The notes beneath the pieces are model-generated. The model ran no database searches. It was not told the origin of the DNA and saw only the letters and a list, made by a program, of their open reading frames with translations. A stretch of 64,000 nucleotides of DNA from the human T2T-CHM13v2.0 reference genome, Homo sapiens. Shown piece after piece: positions 1-14,841 of the stretch. The stretch is from assembly GCF_009914755.1 (NCBI RefSeq), contig NC_060941.1; one strand, written 5' to 3'. The first letter of the stretch is position 1, and every line of letters starts with the position of its first letter. The position numbers and the translations under genes are program-made.

Positions 1-276
1 TAAGATCAGGTCACGAAGCGTGGCCACTGGCATAAGGACTCTGCCAACTGAGGTTAACCGCTAACAGGTTGGCAGAATCCACACGTCACCATGAGCTACC
101 CAGGGGTGAAGATGGCATTCCCACCCCTGGGTAGCTGTTCCGGGGTTGTCTGTCCTTGGAGAAGGGTAAGGCAGCAGATACTCCAGGGCTTCATGCTGGG
201 CCTAACAGTGGACTGACCTCCCTGGGACAGCCTGACGGGTTGTTCCTTTGCTGGCCTCGGCTTCTCTTCTCAGGGA

Positions 277-494
277 AGGGGTTGGAAAACTTAAAAAGGG
301 CCAGATATTAAATATTTGCAGCTTTGCAATCCATGTAGTCCTTGTTGCAGCTACTCACTTCTGCTCTTGTAGGATGAAAGCAGCCATCACCAGCAGGTAA
401 ACAGATGCATGTAGTTGTGTGCCAATAAAACTTTATTTACAAAAACAGGTGATGAACCAGATTTGGTCTGTGGACCATAGTTTGCTGACCCCTG
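277..494 (+). mobile_element. MER58A (hAT-Charlie MITE)
   Basis: AGGGGTTGG...AAAGGGCCAGATATTAAATATT...CCAATAAAACTTTATTTACAAAAACAGG...TAGTTTGCTGACCCCTG matches the MER58A consensus, including both termini. Confidence 0.9.
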
Positions 495-3400
495 GACTGA
501 ATTATTCCTGAGGTTAGTTTTAAGCTTGAAAAGTCAGTAATGTAGAAAGTATTCAAACATTAATAGGATGGATAGATTATAATCTAAGGTATCTATAGGC
601 TATAACCAAAATAATACGTTGTCAGTAGTAATAAGCATGGTATATAATCAGCAGTCTAAACCATGTTAGAGTTTATTTTGGGACTTCATGACGCAGGGAC
701 AGTGAAGGGATTCTTTATTTGGAAAAAGCCACTATTTATAAACTGGAACTTCATCCTATGAGTAAGAGCCAGAAAAACTGTTATAGTATTTCCATCTCCC
801 TATTTCACCAGCTAGATGTAATTAATGACACTCGGAATTTTTGAGGTCCAGGTTTTACTATGAAGATCCTTTTACTGTGCGCTGTTTCTGAATTGGAGTT
901 ACTGGTGCTAAGCTTTCTAATGCATTTTACAATGTGCTTCTCAAGGGTGTCAAGTGAGATGGTTGGCAGATCTATTATGTAGGTGGTGAGGCTGATGTTG
1001 AGAAAGGTGAGGAAGTTCTCCAAGATCACTCAGCCCATGCTGAGGAGAGCCTGGATAGTCACTTGTTTGTGCACAACCTACCCTTCGCCTCTTTTTACTT
1101 TTATAAAGCCCCACCTCCCACTTTACCACCAAGCAGCATCTTTCTCAGAAGGAGCAGGTTTTGTTCATTTGTCAAAAACGTTGATATACAGTAATTTGTT
1201 TTACTGCCCTGGGTTTCTTAGTGGACGTTATCTGTGTTCCTGATTCCATACACACAGGAATGATGTATATAGGCCATTCCAAAAAATGGCAGGTAAATGA
1301 TGCTCCAGATATGCCCGTGTAGACCCTGGCGACGAGGCGGCCTGTTCTGCACTGTTCTCCCGGCAGAGCCACCCGGAAGAGCCCAGCCTGGTAATTAAAA
1401 TGCACTGGATCAAAGAAACTCCACACACACGGGCTTCCTCCTTCTCCCCTTCAGGCCCCTCCTTCAAGTACCGGTTTCTTAAATTCTCACTTATAGGATT
1501 TTGGAGATCAAAAAGAGGCCTTTAAACTTAATGAATTCTCCGCTTCGTCCCGGATGGAGCGGTTCCGCACCTTTCAGCTGTTCCCGGGAATGATAGGGCA
1601 GCTCAGTGCCGAGCTCGCTAGGTAATTCTCGCTTTCTAGAACTCCTGTGAAAGCAAAGCAGCCCGCATTTGGAGGCTTCCAATTATACTTCACATGGTGA
1701 ACTGTGTAATTAGTTTGGAAGACTTATGCTTAGTCATTGGTTTATCCTAATCGGCTTTGGCTTTCCCCAACAACAAAGTGAGCTTATTTTGCTAAGCTGA
1801 AACGACTCTGCACCCTTTGTTCCTGCCTTTTATTGTCTCATTCCTTTCATTCTGTGTTACTGCCAAAGTTCTGTTTCATTAGGCCTACAAGTCATTTCCA
1901 ATTCAGTGGGCTGCTACAATCCGGCCTTTATCACGGGCTGCTCTGGTTCCCATGTCCCTTCTGGGCCAGTGCCTGAGTTTGTGGTTTGACATGAGGGCTT
2001 TAACCCCTTCCTGTGCCAGCCCCTCACTGTGGTGGCCGGGAAGAAAAGGCCTTCCAGGAACCGGCGTGGAAAGTTACAGCTCTTGAGGTCTCGTCAAAGT
2101 GGGAGATCGCTGTGGAAACCAGGTGAAAGGGTCCTTGGAGCCCTTTGTGTCGGATTGGGGTTGTGTGGGGGCCCATAAAAGTTAACTTGAGCTCTGGAGA
2201 ATGGTGTGTGAAAGCTTTTTAGGGGAAGAAAAAAAGAAAACAAGAGTGAATTGTTTTTTTTAATGTAATGAGACCTTCCCGTTTATCCGGCCAGCGTGGG
2301 CGATTGTGGGTGAGTGAGGCCCGAGGAAGCGCTGGGTGCCTGCGATCTCCCAGCTCCGGGGTTTTCTGTGCAGGTGCGAAGCTGCATTCATGGCCCCCAC
2401 TCAGACACCCCTTTTGATACTGTATGTGTGAGGAGAGTCATACCTGGAATAAAAGTCTCATAAAGCCCTTTGAAATTTAAAAGGCATGAGATCTGTGAGA
2501 AGATAAATAAGCCTGAGAGTGGACTGTGATCCTCAGGTAGTGTTTTCTTGCTTTAAATGTGTGTCGTAGATAAACAGAGCTCTGTGCAGTGTGGTTCTCT
2601 CAGAGGAGGCTTGGAAAACAAAAGTCTTGTGTGTCCTTTGTGGACATCTGAGCTCCCGTGAGGCTTTGTCCTCTGAAGTGGTTCATGTAGGTGGGTTGCC
2701 CGGGGAGTGGTCAGCCTCCCGGGCCTCACCCTGTCCTCTGCTCCACCTTTTTCTGGAGAGCCTGGGTGTTGCCCTTCAGACCTTCTTCAACGACAATTGT
2801 AGGCTGGACCAGGAAGGACCATGCGCACGCTCTTCCCTGGCTGAAGGCTACTTTTGTGTTTAAATTTTCTTCCTCTAATAGCCCAGAACAAAGCCAACAC
2901 TGTCCCCATGTTTTATTAATCTTCTGCCTGGTTTGTGTCAGCATCTCCCTCTGGAAGTGTGTCATAAGGGGAGGGGACTTTATTTGCCCCCTGACCCCTG
3001 GCCAAGCTGCTCAGTGGGAAACAGCACAGCGAGTAGACAGGAGAATCCTGCTTCCTCTGCCTCCTCCACCTTCTAGGCCAGGTGGCAGAGGCAAACAAAC
3101 CTTACCCACGAGTAATATGATCCTGGGGCTTTGCAGGTAAACCCTCCTGCTAAACAACTTTGTGTTTTCCTGGTGAACTTTTCCTCCGTAGACTGATTTC
3201 GGCTGAAGCCAGTAAGGTTGTCGAGTTCTAAAGATTGAGCACCCTAACGTTACTTCTCTTAAATTTTCGTATTTTTGCTTCAAAAAGGAGATTCTGAAAT
3301 ACTGGGTTTCTAGGAAAACTTCCCATTTCCCTCTTAGTATATAAAATATAGCCAGCTGTTGTTAGGCAAAGGCATCAGACATTATTATTGCTCGTTAACA

Positions 3401-4807
3401 GTGTTTTAAAATATACAAATAGAAAACTAGGATGCCTTCTGGGTAGCAAGCTGGGAAAACTTTGAGATTGTGCTAATCAAATGCCATGTGCATTTGCATA
3501 GCAGGTAGAGGAACAAGGCCGAATAGAAGAACAAGGCTCAAACTTCAGCTTTGCTGTTTGACCGCATTTCCTGGTATGATTTAGCTGTATTTACTTTTTC
3601 TGCTGCGGCAAGGAGAGGAGAGCCAGCGGTAGGGGAGCCCTTGGGCACAAAGGAGTTAATGAGCCCTGGGTGGGTAGGGGCGGGGGGCCGGTATGAAGTA
3701 CTTCCACCAGCTCACCTTCCCAGAGTCCTCCTGGGCCCTCTGAAGACGTCACTTACAATGGAGTTGTTAGTAGGAGAAAATAAAGCCTTTTTCTCCCTAG
3801 ATGTAGTTCAGTGGGAACTGAAAGTGTACCAGAAATCATGGTTCAAGCTTGTGCCAGTGGGTGCAAGGGGTGGTTCTTATGGAGGAGAAAGCGCAGTTCA
3901 TTTAGACTTGGCATTGAAATCGAACTCTGTTGTTCGGTGGAGTGAACATTGATATGGAGATTCCCACCCGCCCCCCACCTCCGTAGGATACCCCCTTACA
4001 CAGGTCCTGTATGCTTTTCTTTTTCTTCCATTTTCTTTCTTTATTTTCTTCTTTTGTCCTCTTAGAAATAGTCTCTCTGTAGACCGGCCAGATTTGTCAA
4101 GTTACCACCCTCTAAATTTTTACAGCTCCGTATATTCAGACTTGGTATTTGTGAATTAGCTAAAAGTGGGCTGCCAATCTGTACTTTATTTACATTCGAA
4201 GCCATATTAGTGAGAGCCCCAGAAAAAAATGTTAATATGCAGGAAGAGGCAAAAGGGTTGAGTTTCTGACTGTTGCTAACCTCACCACTGCCTTTAAAAC
4301 CAATCATGAGGCACACGGCTGATATTTAATAGCTTTTAGCTGATTATTTTTCTTCTCCTCCTCTTTCTTTTCTATCCAAGTTGACCTGGGTGTACTTGAG
4401 TGGAAATGAAGTCATCCAAATGCTGAATTAGAATAATCACAGGCCTCTAAGAATGAAATGGAAGCAGAGATTAAATGGCGGAGGGAAAGCCGGCATTAAT
4501 AAGGACCAGGAAAACTTTGCATAAAATAAATAGGAGATGGAATAGATTGAATTTGTATATGCTGCTTCCATTTCTTCCTCCATTTTGTGTTGTCTTCCTA
4601 AGTCGAGTTACTGGCAAAGTGGGATTTGATTTGCCACAAGGACTCATACCTTCTGCAGCCTAGGTGATGGGCCTTTCTTCTTTGTGGGACGTTTGTGTGA
4701 CCATTGATGTTTCCAGGAAGGAAGAATCTGATGGAGGGGCTGTTACCATGAAATGTTGATGATTACTTGGTACAAGTAGTGCGTGGGAGACAGATGAAAG
4801 AGTGTGG

Positions 4808-5290
<483 letters not shown>

Positions 5291-6030
5291 CAAGCGGAGT
5301 CTGGAGAAGTCAAGACACTTGGCCTGACACTCTAAAAGGGTCAGCATCTTCCTTGCCCACCTCCAAGGAGATTTAAATACTCCTTCCTGCGTGCTCCAGA
5401 ACACTAACTTCATACCTGTTTACATTCTGCCTTCTTCATTTAATCCAGCTGCTGGGTAAACAGCCAGCATGGGGCCTTGCGTGAGCACAGGCCGGCAAGT
5501 GTTAGATGAGCAAGTGGCTGCTGAAGGCAGGTCAGACAGACCCACAGTCTGTCTGTCTGTGCACCCCTCTGGGCTTCTATTTGGGGATTATTTCTGTGTC
5601 TCTTGAAAAAAAAAATTCTGCCCCAATGTAGCGAAAAGTGAGCTTCTTGTAGTTAAAGAGCAAAATAAGGATTTAATTAAATTAAAAAAAAAAAGAAAAG
5701 AAAACCCAGCAGAGTGGTTTGTTTACAGGAAGTCGTTTTTAGGTGGTCTGTTATAGAAGATGTAATTTGTGAAAGTAGATTAGTTGTAAATTAGAGATTT
5801 TGGGTTGTCGAGGTCGCTAACCATCTTTTATAATTGGCGGCAGAGGTAAATATTTTCAGATTTGCTTATAGAGTGTTAGTATTGACAAAACAATTTAAGG
5901 TGTTTTTCACTTAAGGAAAAATAAGTGAGAGTATGGAATGATCAGAGACGGGCTTCCTGATCTTATTCCCAGCTTTCTTATGGAATGACAAGGGTATGGA
6001 AAGCAACAGGGAGATGAAATGCTGGAGTAG

Positions 6031-6396
<366 letters not shown>

Positions 6397-6577
6397 TGAT
6401 TTTTATTCTTTAATAAGAGCAACCCATTTCTTTTATCAACAGACTTGTTTTCTTAGCAAAAAGGGAGGACGTATTGATGTCACTGCTTTCCATTCAACTA
6501 AGTTGGTATTTGTGTTCAGATTTAGGGATTCCTGCTTGCCCGAACCGTTCATTTATCTTTTACCTTGTAATTGTCCC

Positions 6578-6710
6578 AACAGCCCTGTGAGGTAGGATAA
6601 TTATCCCTATTTTAAAATTAGGTAAGGAAGACTAGGAGAGCATAAATGACTATGTAAGACCCCTTAGCCCAACAGCAGTGGGGCCCAAGGTTCAAATCTA
6701 GACTTCCTGG
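6578..6710 (-). mobile_element. MIR fragment
   Basis: AACAGCCCTGTGAGGTAGG...ATTATCCCTATTTTA is the antisense MIR core. Confidence 0.65.
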
Positions 6711-6817
6711 GTGAGGACTCTGGGTTTGTTGTTAAACTTAAGCTGTTTATCCTGAGGTGATCTTCTTTGGGGTGGCCCTGACCAGTTGTTTGTAGTGCCA
6801 TAGAGTTACTATGGTAT

Positions 6818-7144
<327 letters not shown>

Positions 7145-7160
7145 TCACTCTGACCTTCCT

Positions 7161-7428
7161 CTCTGTCACCCAGGCTAGAGTATAGTGGCGCGACCTCAGC
7201 TCACTGCAACCTCTGCCTCCCAAGTTCAAGCAATTCTCCTGCCTCAGCTTCCTAAGTAGCTGGGTTTACAGGCGTGTGCCACCACGCCTGAATAATTTTT
7301 GTATTTTTAGTAGAGACAGGGTTTCGCCATGTTAGCCAGGCTGGTCTCGGACTCCAGACCTCAAGTGATCTGCCTACCTCAGCCTCCCAAAGTGCTGGGA
7401 TTACAGGTGTGAGCTACCGCACCTGGCC
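7161..7428 (-). mobile_element. AluS (Sx/Sz-like), tail missing
   Basis: CTCTGTCACCCAGGCT...GACCTCAAGTGATC...CACCTGGCC; no poly-T at the left end. Confidence 0.93.
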
Positions 7429-7647
7429 AGTTTGTCTAAAATATTTTATATTAGAACAAATATTATGGCACAGAATGCAATATTTGCATAATTCTTTTTT
7501 GAAACACTGTGATACTTGCAGACACTTCAGGATCGCTTCTGGCTGCATCAGTTCCTGGTCATTCTGGGCTGTCCCTTAACGTACTTTGCCTTTAGGAGGA
7601 GTACATAGGTAGAAAAGTTGAGAATCTCTATTGTTTACTCCTTAGTA

Positions 7648-7873
7648 TAGGGGCTGGCAAACTTTTTCTGCAAAAGGCCAGATAATAACTATTTTTAGTT
7701 TTGTGGCCCAGATGGTCTCCTAGAACCATTCAGTTCTGCCATGCTATCACAATGACAGCCAAAGACAATATGAAAATGAATGGTTGTGGCTATATTCCAA
7801 TAAAACTTTATTTACAAAAGTCAGGAGGCTGCTGGTTTTGGCCCTCAGACTGTATAGTTTTCATACTCCCCTG
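7648..7873 (+). mobile_element. MER58A
   Basis: TAGGGGCTGGCAAACTTTTTCTG...CCAATAAAACTTTATTTACAAAA...CCCCTG. Confidence 0.9.
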
Positions 7874-7892
7874 GCTGAGCATATTGCCTGCT

Positions 7893-8132
7893 AATAAGAG
7901 CATAGGTTGTTTACACTCAGTCTGTCTGGTATTAGACCCAGCTCATCTGTTTACTAGCTTGGTAACCTTGGGCAGGTCATTTAACTTCTTCCCACCTCAC
8001 TTTCTTTATCTGTAAAATGGGGATAATGATGGTCTTTAACCCATAGGGTTGTCATGAGGATTAAATGAGCTAATGCACACATAGTTGTTAGCATCCTGCT
8101 AAGAAACAGAGTGAGCACTTAACAAATGTTAG
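7893..8132 (+). mobile_element. MIR, near full length
   Basis: CCTTGGGCAGGTCATTTAAC...ATCTGTAAAATGGGGATAAT...CATAGGGTTGTCATGAGGATTAAATGAG core. Confidence 0.88.
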
Positions 8133-8242
8133 AAACATGAGCTGGTGGTGTTATTTTCAACGTTGGAGACTCAGGTCCTCTGAGACTCTGGAGTTTCCAC
8201 TTTAGTCCTGTCTAGCAGTAGGCTTGCTAGTGCAACAGCCTT

Positions 8243-8285
8243 TATATACACACACACACACACTCTCTCTCTCTCTGTCTGTCTC
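8243..8285. repeat. Compound (TA)n(CA)n(TC)n microsatellite
   Basis: TATATACACACACACACACACTCTCTCTCTCTCTG read directly. Confidence 0.85.
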
Positions 8286-8994
8286 GTTCTCTCATTCATC
8301 TTTTCCATCTATCCTGTGGGGGAGCTTACCACTCAATTCTTCTACCCACCCTGGCAATGATGCAAACTAAAAAGCCCTTCCTGCATCTTCTGAGCATAAA
8401 GACGACGATTCAGTTTTATGCAATTTTGGTGGGATGTACCTCGAGTTCCATCCGGCTACCCCGCTGCTTCCAGTTTGTGGAACTGACTTGCCGGTTGCCC
8501 TGGCTTTGATGAAAGAGTTGAACCGATGTAGGCCCAAAGAGAGTTCTTCTGGGTGGATCCTTCTGATGAACACTCTTTACATTTCTTTCTCGAATAATTA
8601 AACTTTTTTTGGTAACGGATACTGCCTGGAAATTGTCCCAGTATCATTTGGCTGATGTTTGTTAAAATATCTTTATATATATTGATCCACTAATCTGTTT
8701 ATTGCATTTATTTTGCCTCCTGGGAGAGCTTTTCAGATCCTCATTTAAGTTTTTCTTTCCTTTTCCTTTACATATGATTCTAATAAGCTTGGTTTTCTGG
8801 CTTCTTTTAAATTTATAGCAAATATTAAGGGGTGGAAAGATGTTAATAAACTCAGTGTAAAGCGAGAGGGAGAAAACCTATAAAAACAAAGAGGCTTCGA
8901 TCTTGAAAAGCTCCGCAATGTAGGACTGTTTAGTGCAGGGAAACAGTCATCCTTCCTCATTAGGCCCACAAGGCATTGCATCTACAGCCTCACG

Positions 8995-9240
8995 CATCAT
9001 TCATTTGTTCATTGATTCATTCAGCAGACCTTGATTACCTTGAATGCCAGGTACCGAGCTAGGAGCCAGGAGCACCTTGGTGAGTGGAACAGACAAGATC
9101 CTTGCTTACTTGGAGCTTAACAAGCATGGGGTGTGGGTGGCGGAGGACCAGCCAAAAGCAAGCAAGGAAATAATAAAAATAATTACAGATTGTGTCATCA
9201 AGGAAAGAAACCAGGAGCTGAGAGAATCCATAATGGGAAT
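8995..9240 (-). mobile_element. L2 3' end fragment
   Basis: CATTCATTTGTTCATTGATTCATTCAGC...TGCCAGGTACC...ACAGACAAGATCCTTGC antisense L2 tail. Confidence 0.75.
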
Positions 9241-9302
9241 ACGGAAGAGGGAATCTTGGCTTATCAAGAAGTCAGATATGTGTAGTCTCTTTGCCTTGAC
9301 CT

Positions 9303-9790
<488 letters not shown>

Positions 9791-10504
9791 AGGATTTTTC
9801 TTTTTAAAATGGGGCATTAAGAGAGTATATTCCATTATCTGGAGCATTTCCTTATGTGAAACCCATTATTTCCCTGCATCCTAGGATCCCTTAGCTATTT
9901 CCAACCCGCAGCAAAAGCTTAATAGAACTAAGGGAATATCTGGGCAGGGTGAGCTGGTCAGTAATGCCCTTTTCAGAGTCGGTAGATTCTCAGGCAGGTT
10001 TCGGCATAGAGGGTAGACACAGAGAAGGGAAGGATGTCAGGAGGGTAAAAATTGGGATATGCAACTCTGTTTCATCTTCTCTCCTTCTCTTCTTTCTGTC
10101 TTTGGTCTAAGAAAAGCAGTAGACTTGCTGCTTGGGAGGTACCAGGGTAGGTCAGTGACTTTGAAAAGCTGGTGAGACGGTGAGAGCGTTGACTCATCTA
10201 GGCTCATAGATGTTATGGATCCTCTGGGCACCAGGGATGGGGGTACTTGGATGGGCATCGGGCAGTTTCTCTCCCAGACTTGCCGTCTTGTGATCAGCCA
10301 GGGTGGGGAATGAAAATGGGTCCAACAACATTAAGCCACAGCACAATCCTCCCTGATGTTGAGAAATCTGGCTGTGGACACGGAGAATGTGTTTGTGGGT
10401 ACATTTTTGCCTCTCGAATGAACCGAATTTGCCATTGGCATTTACTGCCAGACTGTCGGGAATTATGTGGGGTTGTGGGGGGATTATGTGGGGTGAAGTT
10501 GAAC

Positions 10505-10710
10505 AATTCTCAACTTTGGAATTGGGCAGACCTGAGTTTGAATCCAGATCATTTGCTGTTAGCATTGTGACCCTGGGCTATTGATTCAACTGTCTCCTGA
10601 GCCTGGTTTCTCATCCGTTAAGTGGGCATACAATTTCATTTACAATGGGGTTGTAAGAATGAAAAGATACACATTTGCCCAGGGTCTGGCACATGGGTAT
10701 TTAATGATAG
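10505..10710 (+). mobile_element. MIR
   Basis: AGACCTGAGTTTGAATCC...TGTGACCCTGGGC...CTGAGCCTGGTTTCTCATC...CTGGCACATGG. Confidence 0.75.
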
Positions 10711-13104
10711 TCTCCCCTGCCTGCATTCCCTTTCTGCTCCCCATTCCCCCCAAAATCCCGTGTTTCTGAACCCCCAAATTGCTGACTTTCACCAGGTTCA
10801 CTCCCTCTGATAAACTCCCTCCCTTAATCTGCACAAAGCCCTCTCTGTGTGCCAAATGGACGGTTTTTGGACCAGTTTCTTAGTTGCTCCCAGCCTCTGC
10901 CCCCACCCCTCCACAGCTATCCCTCTGACAAATCCGGAACCATGGAAGTCCTCATTCTGAGATCCTCCTAGATTTAACCCAGCTGGAGTTAGTGTTGGGG
11001 GAGGCTAAGTGGAGGATTTGGCTTTTTTTCCTCTTATGCTAATGAAGTGAATATGGCAAGGAGTCACAATATTTTCTTTCCAGGCAAAGAAATGTTGTAG
11101 TAGGAGAAACAGCATGCAGGGGAAGCAAATGTGATCTCACTGGATTCTCTCAAGGGAGGAATAGGACAAATTGTCAGCTTCTGTTGAGAAGATAATACTC
11201 TCACTATGATAAATGCCAAGTTTCTATTGAAAACCACCATCTTAATGGTGGTGTCCCCAAGCACTCAGTGCTTGCCTGGCAGCCGAGACCAGAGGAGAAG
11301 CAGAGGAAAGCAGATATTTGTAGGGGGTTGTTTGTTTGCAATGAGAAATCAGTTCAAAGCAAAGGAGATGGTGCATTAAAAATGTTCTTTTAAGGCAGCT
11401 TTAAAAAGCTAACTGGAGTGCTCCAGTGTGGCCTGATCTTAAAACACACCTATGGGGAGACTTCCACCCTCAATAAATATTTCTTGCATATGACTTGAAT
11501 TAAAGGAGGCACATGGGGCTGGAAGCCGCCCGAAATAATTTTCCCTCCCATAGGAAGCAGCCGCTGTAATTCACTTGCAAGTTATTTCAAAAGGCCTGTT
11601 CTGATAGAAATTGCTGCCTTCTCGTGGACTGGGATTTTTCTCGTACTGTCTGTGACATCCCTTCTTGACAAGGGTGTGTCCGCCCATATTTTACAATGCA
11701 CCACTCCCTCAAAGAGCGTCTCAGTTTGTTGTTGCCCTTTTTGGGGGTGCTTATGCTGGTTTCTCTTAGACACCTGAGTGTGGCTGATCTGCCTCACAGC
11801 CTACACTCAGGGAGACCTTCAGGTTAGTTAAGGGAGTTCCTGGGGTTGGGGGGCTGGACGACAGTACATTCAGGAGCTCTAAGAATGCTGGTGATCATGG
11901 GAACAACTGGAGGGGGAGGAAGAAGGTCTCTTATCAGCTGCTGTTGAAAGGTCCTAAGGTGGTTGTGCTTGTCCAACCATCCTTGCATTCAGGAACCCAA
12001 GCTAGGTATTAAGCACCATGATGGGGCCACAGAGATGGGTGAGGTGGGGTGCCCACCCATGTGGGGCTTGTGGTCAAGGAGCAGAGATGGTGGTAAGCAG
12101 AATCGCAGTGTGGTATAGCAAATGGAGAGCCTGCCAGTGTCACTGCGAGGTGGGGACGGTGGTTGCTGCTGTGGAGCTCCTCTCCCAGGCCTCCCATCCT
12201 TTCCCTCAGCTGACTCGGCTGTTCCCTATGGTGGCCACTGAAGGCAGATCATGTCTTCATGTGCCTCAATGCCAGCCTGAGCATTGACCTGGAAAAGGTG
12301 CTTGACAGACATTTATTCTGGGCTCCATAAAGGACCAGTGTTGCCATGGTAGGTGGAGGAGAGGAGGAAGCCCAGAGTGTGACTTGCCCCACACACCCCT
12401 GGATATCACAGTCCTGCCCCTGCCCATTTTGGAAAGAACCACATGGAGAGGGCTCACTTCCATGGACCTGAAATCGTGAGTTTGACTTTGTCATCAGCTG
12501 CAGAGCAAGGAGGGAGGCAGTTTACATCTGGATGCCTGCATTCACCTTGCCCAGAGATGCTGACTGCTGAGGATGCACCTCAGGGCTTTACAGATGCTCC
12601 CCTTCTTGCCATGTTCAGTCTCCTCCCTGAGATCTTACCCCTCAACCCCCAAGAAGCCACAAGGCAGGTCTGCTTGTTTGACCCATGAGTGGAACGGTAG
12701 ATGTGATCTTTTCAATGTGAAAGAACCTCAGCGAACATTAGTCAGGGTGTCTCAGTTATAATTCAGTCTCATTATTGCCTCCCGGATGTGATTAACCTGG
12801 GATCTGCTCATGAAGGGATTTGGCAGCCCAAGGAAATGGACAAAGATGATGGATCAGGTGCACCTGGGACAGAATGACAGCTGAAGTCAGTGGTTTTCTG
12901 CTAAACCCATAACTTAACCACTGGTTGAAAGTCTGTATCAGGTGTCCCAAATCAAATGTATTGATTCTAGATGCCTTTTTGTAAAGAGGCAATAAAAAGA
13001 AATACCATTTATTTTCACAATTGTTCCTTCCTCCCTGTGTCTAGGAATTACAGAGTCATTGTTATTATTCCTCCTGTCATTCGTAGCTCCAAGTACATAG
13101 AGAG

Positions 13105-13319
13105 CAGGGCTTGACACACTTTGTCTGTAAAGGGTCAGATACCAAATATTTTAGACTCTGTGGGCCATACGGTCTCTGTCCCTGCTACTCGGTTCTGCTG
13201 TTGTAGCACAAAAGCAGCCATAGACAATATGTAAATGAATGAGTGTGGCTGTGTTCCAATTCCACTTTTATTTACAAAAACAGGCAGCAGGCCTGTGGGC
13301 CGTAAGTTGCTATCCCCTG
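13105..13319 (+). mobile_element. MER58A
   Basis: CTGTAAAGGGTCAGATA...GGGCCATACGGTCTCTGTC...AAAGCAGCCATAGACAATATGTAAATGAATG...CCCCTG. Confidence 0.92.
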
Positions 13320-14389
13320 TTATAGACAGTCCTAGTCGTCAACTTGACGTCTCAAAGAAAGCAGCGATTTCATAGAACTGAGGATATTTTCAGGATCAGT
13401 AATAAACTTTAGGGGCATGGCTATGCTCATTTGAAATAGTCATCCTTTTAATGTAGGCACATGTCAGAAAGGTACATTGTATTGTCTGATGCCATCCCTC
13501 CAAGATATTTGGAAAAATCTTTTGGAGTAAGTAGCTGCAAATAATAAGGACTAGGGAGAGTTAAGAGCAGGCATAAGCCCCTGTCAGTCACATAAGGTTT
13601 GTTATAGTGAATAGGCAAGGAATGATCATTTTGGGGTCTTGCTTTTTTCTTGGGCTGTGGGGTGCTCTTGCTCAAGGACAGGTGCTCTGTGTGGACGTGG
13701 TAGCCACAAGCTAGAGGATTGTACCCACAAACGTGTGCAAAGGCTTGCTCGTCATGCAACACTTATCTGGCCACATTCCTGAAAGTGGAAGGCCAAAGTG
13801 GGAACTTTTATGCAGCTTTATGTGACGGGTCCTTGACTCTGCTCACTCACATCTATAAGCTGAGAATTTGGTGGTAATCACTTTTCTAAAAGAGGAAAAA
13901 ATGGATCCACATGGATTAATCTGCACTGTTTAGGTCTGTAAAAACCCAGTGACATTGACATGTCAATGAAAATGGTGGAAATTAACACTTGGAAATTTTT
14001 ATATAAAACCTTTATTGAAAATTCAGTTAAACATTCACACACTAAAAAGAGCTCTATATTTATAACTGAAAAACTCAATTTGATGCAAGCTGCTTATTTC
14101 TCCATTGTGGTCACGTGGGCTGAGGTTCTTAGTATGAAATGTAATTTACACAAATTAGTCCAAGGCAGGTAGAGTGTGAAATTAAATTGATGCCTTGATT
14201 TCTGTATTCTCTAGTTAAGTGTTTCTCTGAAAATTCGTCATTTCTGTCCTGGGAACTTTAAAGTGTGGAGGTTTTCTTTTTTTTTTTTTTTAAATAGAGC
14301 AAAGAAGTTCTTACTGGTTAAGGACATGAAACAACCTTAATTACAGGCTAAAAAGGCACGTTCCATTTTGTTTTGTGGCTAAATATTAG

Positions 14390-14841
<452 letters not shown>

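Noticed and set aside
36-140. Hairpin-hinge-hairpin resembling an H/ACA snoRNA
   Set aside because: No ANANNA hinge, no terminal ACA and no pseudouridylation pockets on either strand.
4020-4380. Strong polypyrimidine-AG acceptors at 4065 and 4380
   Set aside because: No convincing donor at exon distance.
8505-8570. TGATGA...CTGA resembling a C/D-box snoRNA
   Set aside because: No terminal stem, no recognisable rRNA/snRNA antisense element and an imperfect C-box context.
10458-10493. Additional G4-pattern tracts (also 39881-39903 and 41221-41242)
   Set aside because: Longer loops or repeat context, and such patterns are common at this GC content.
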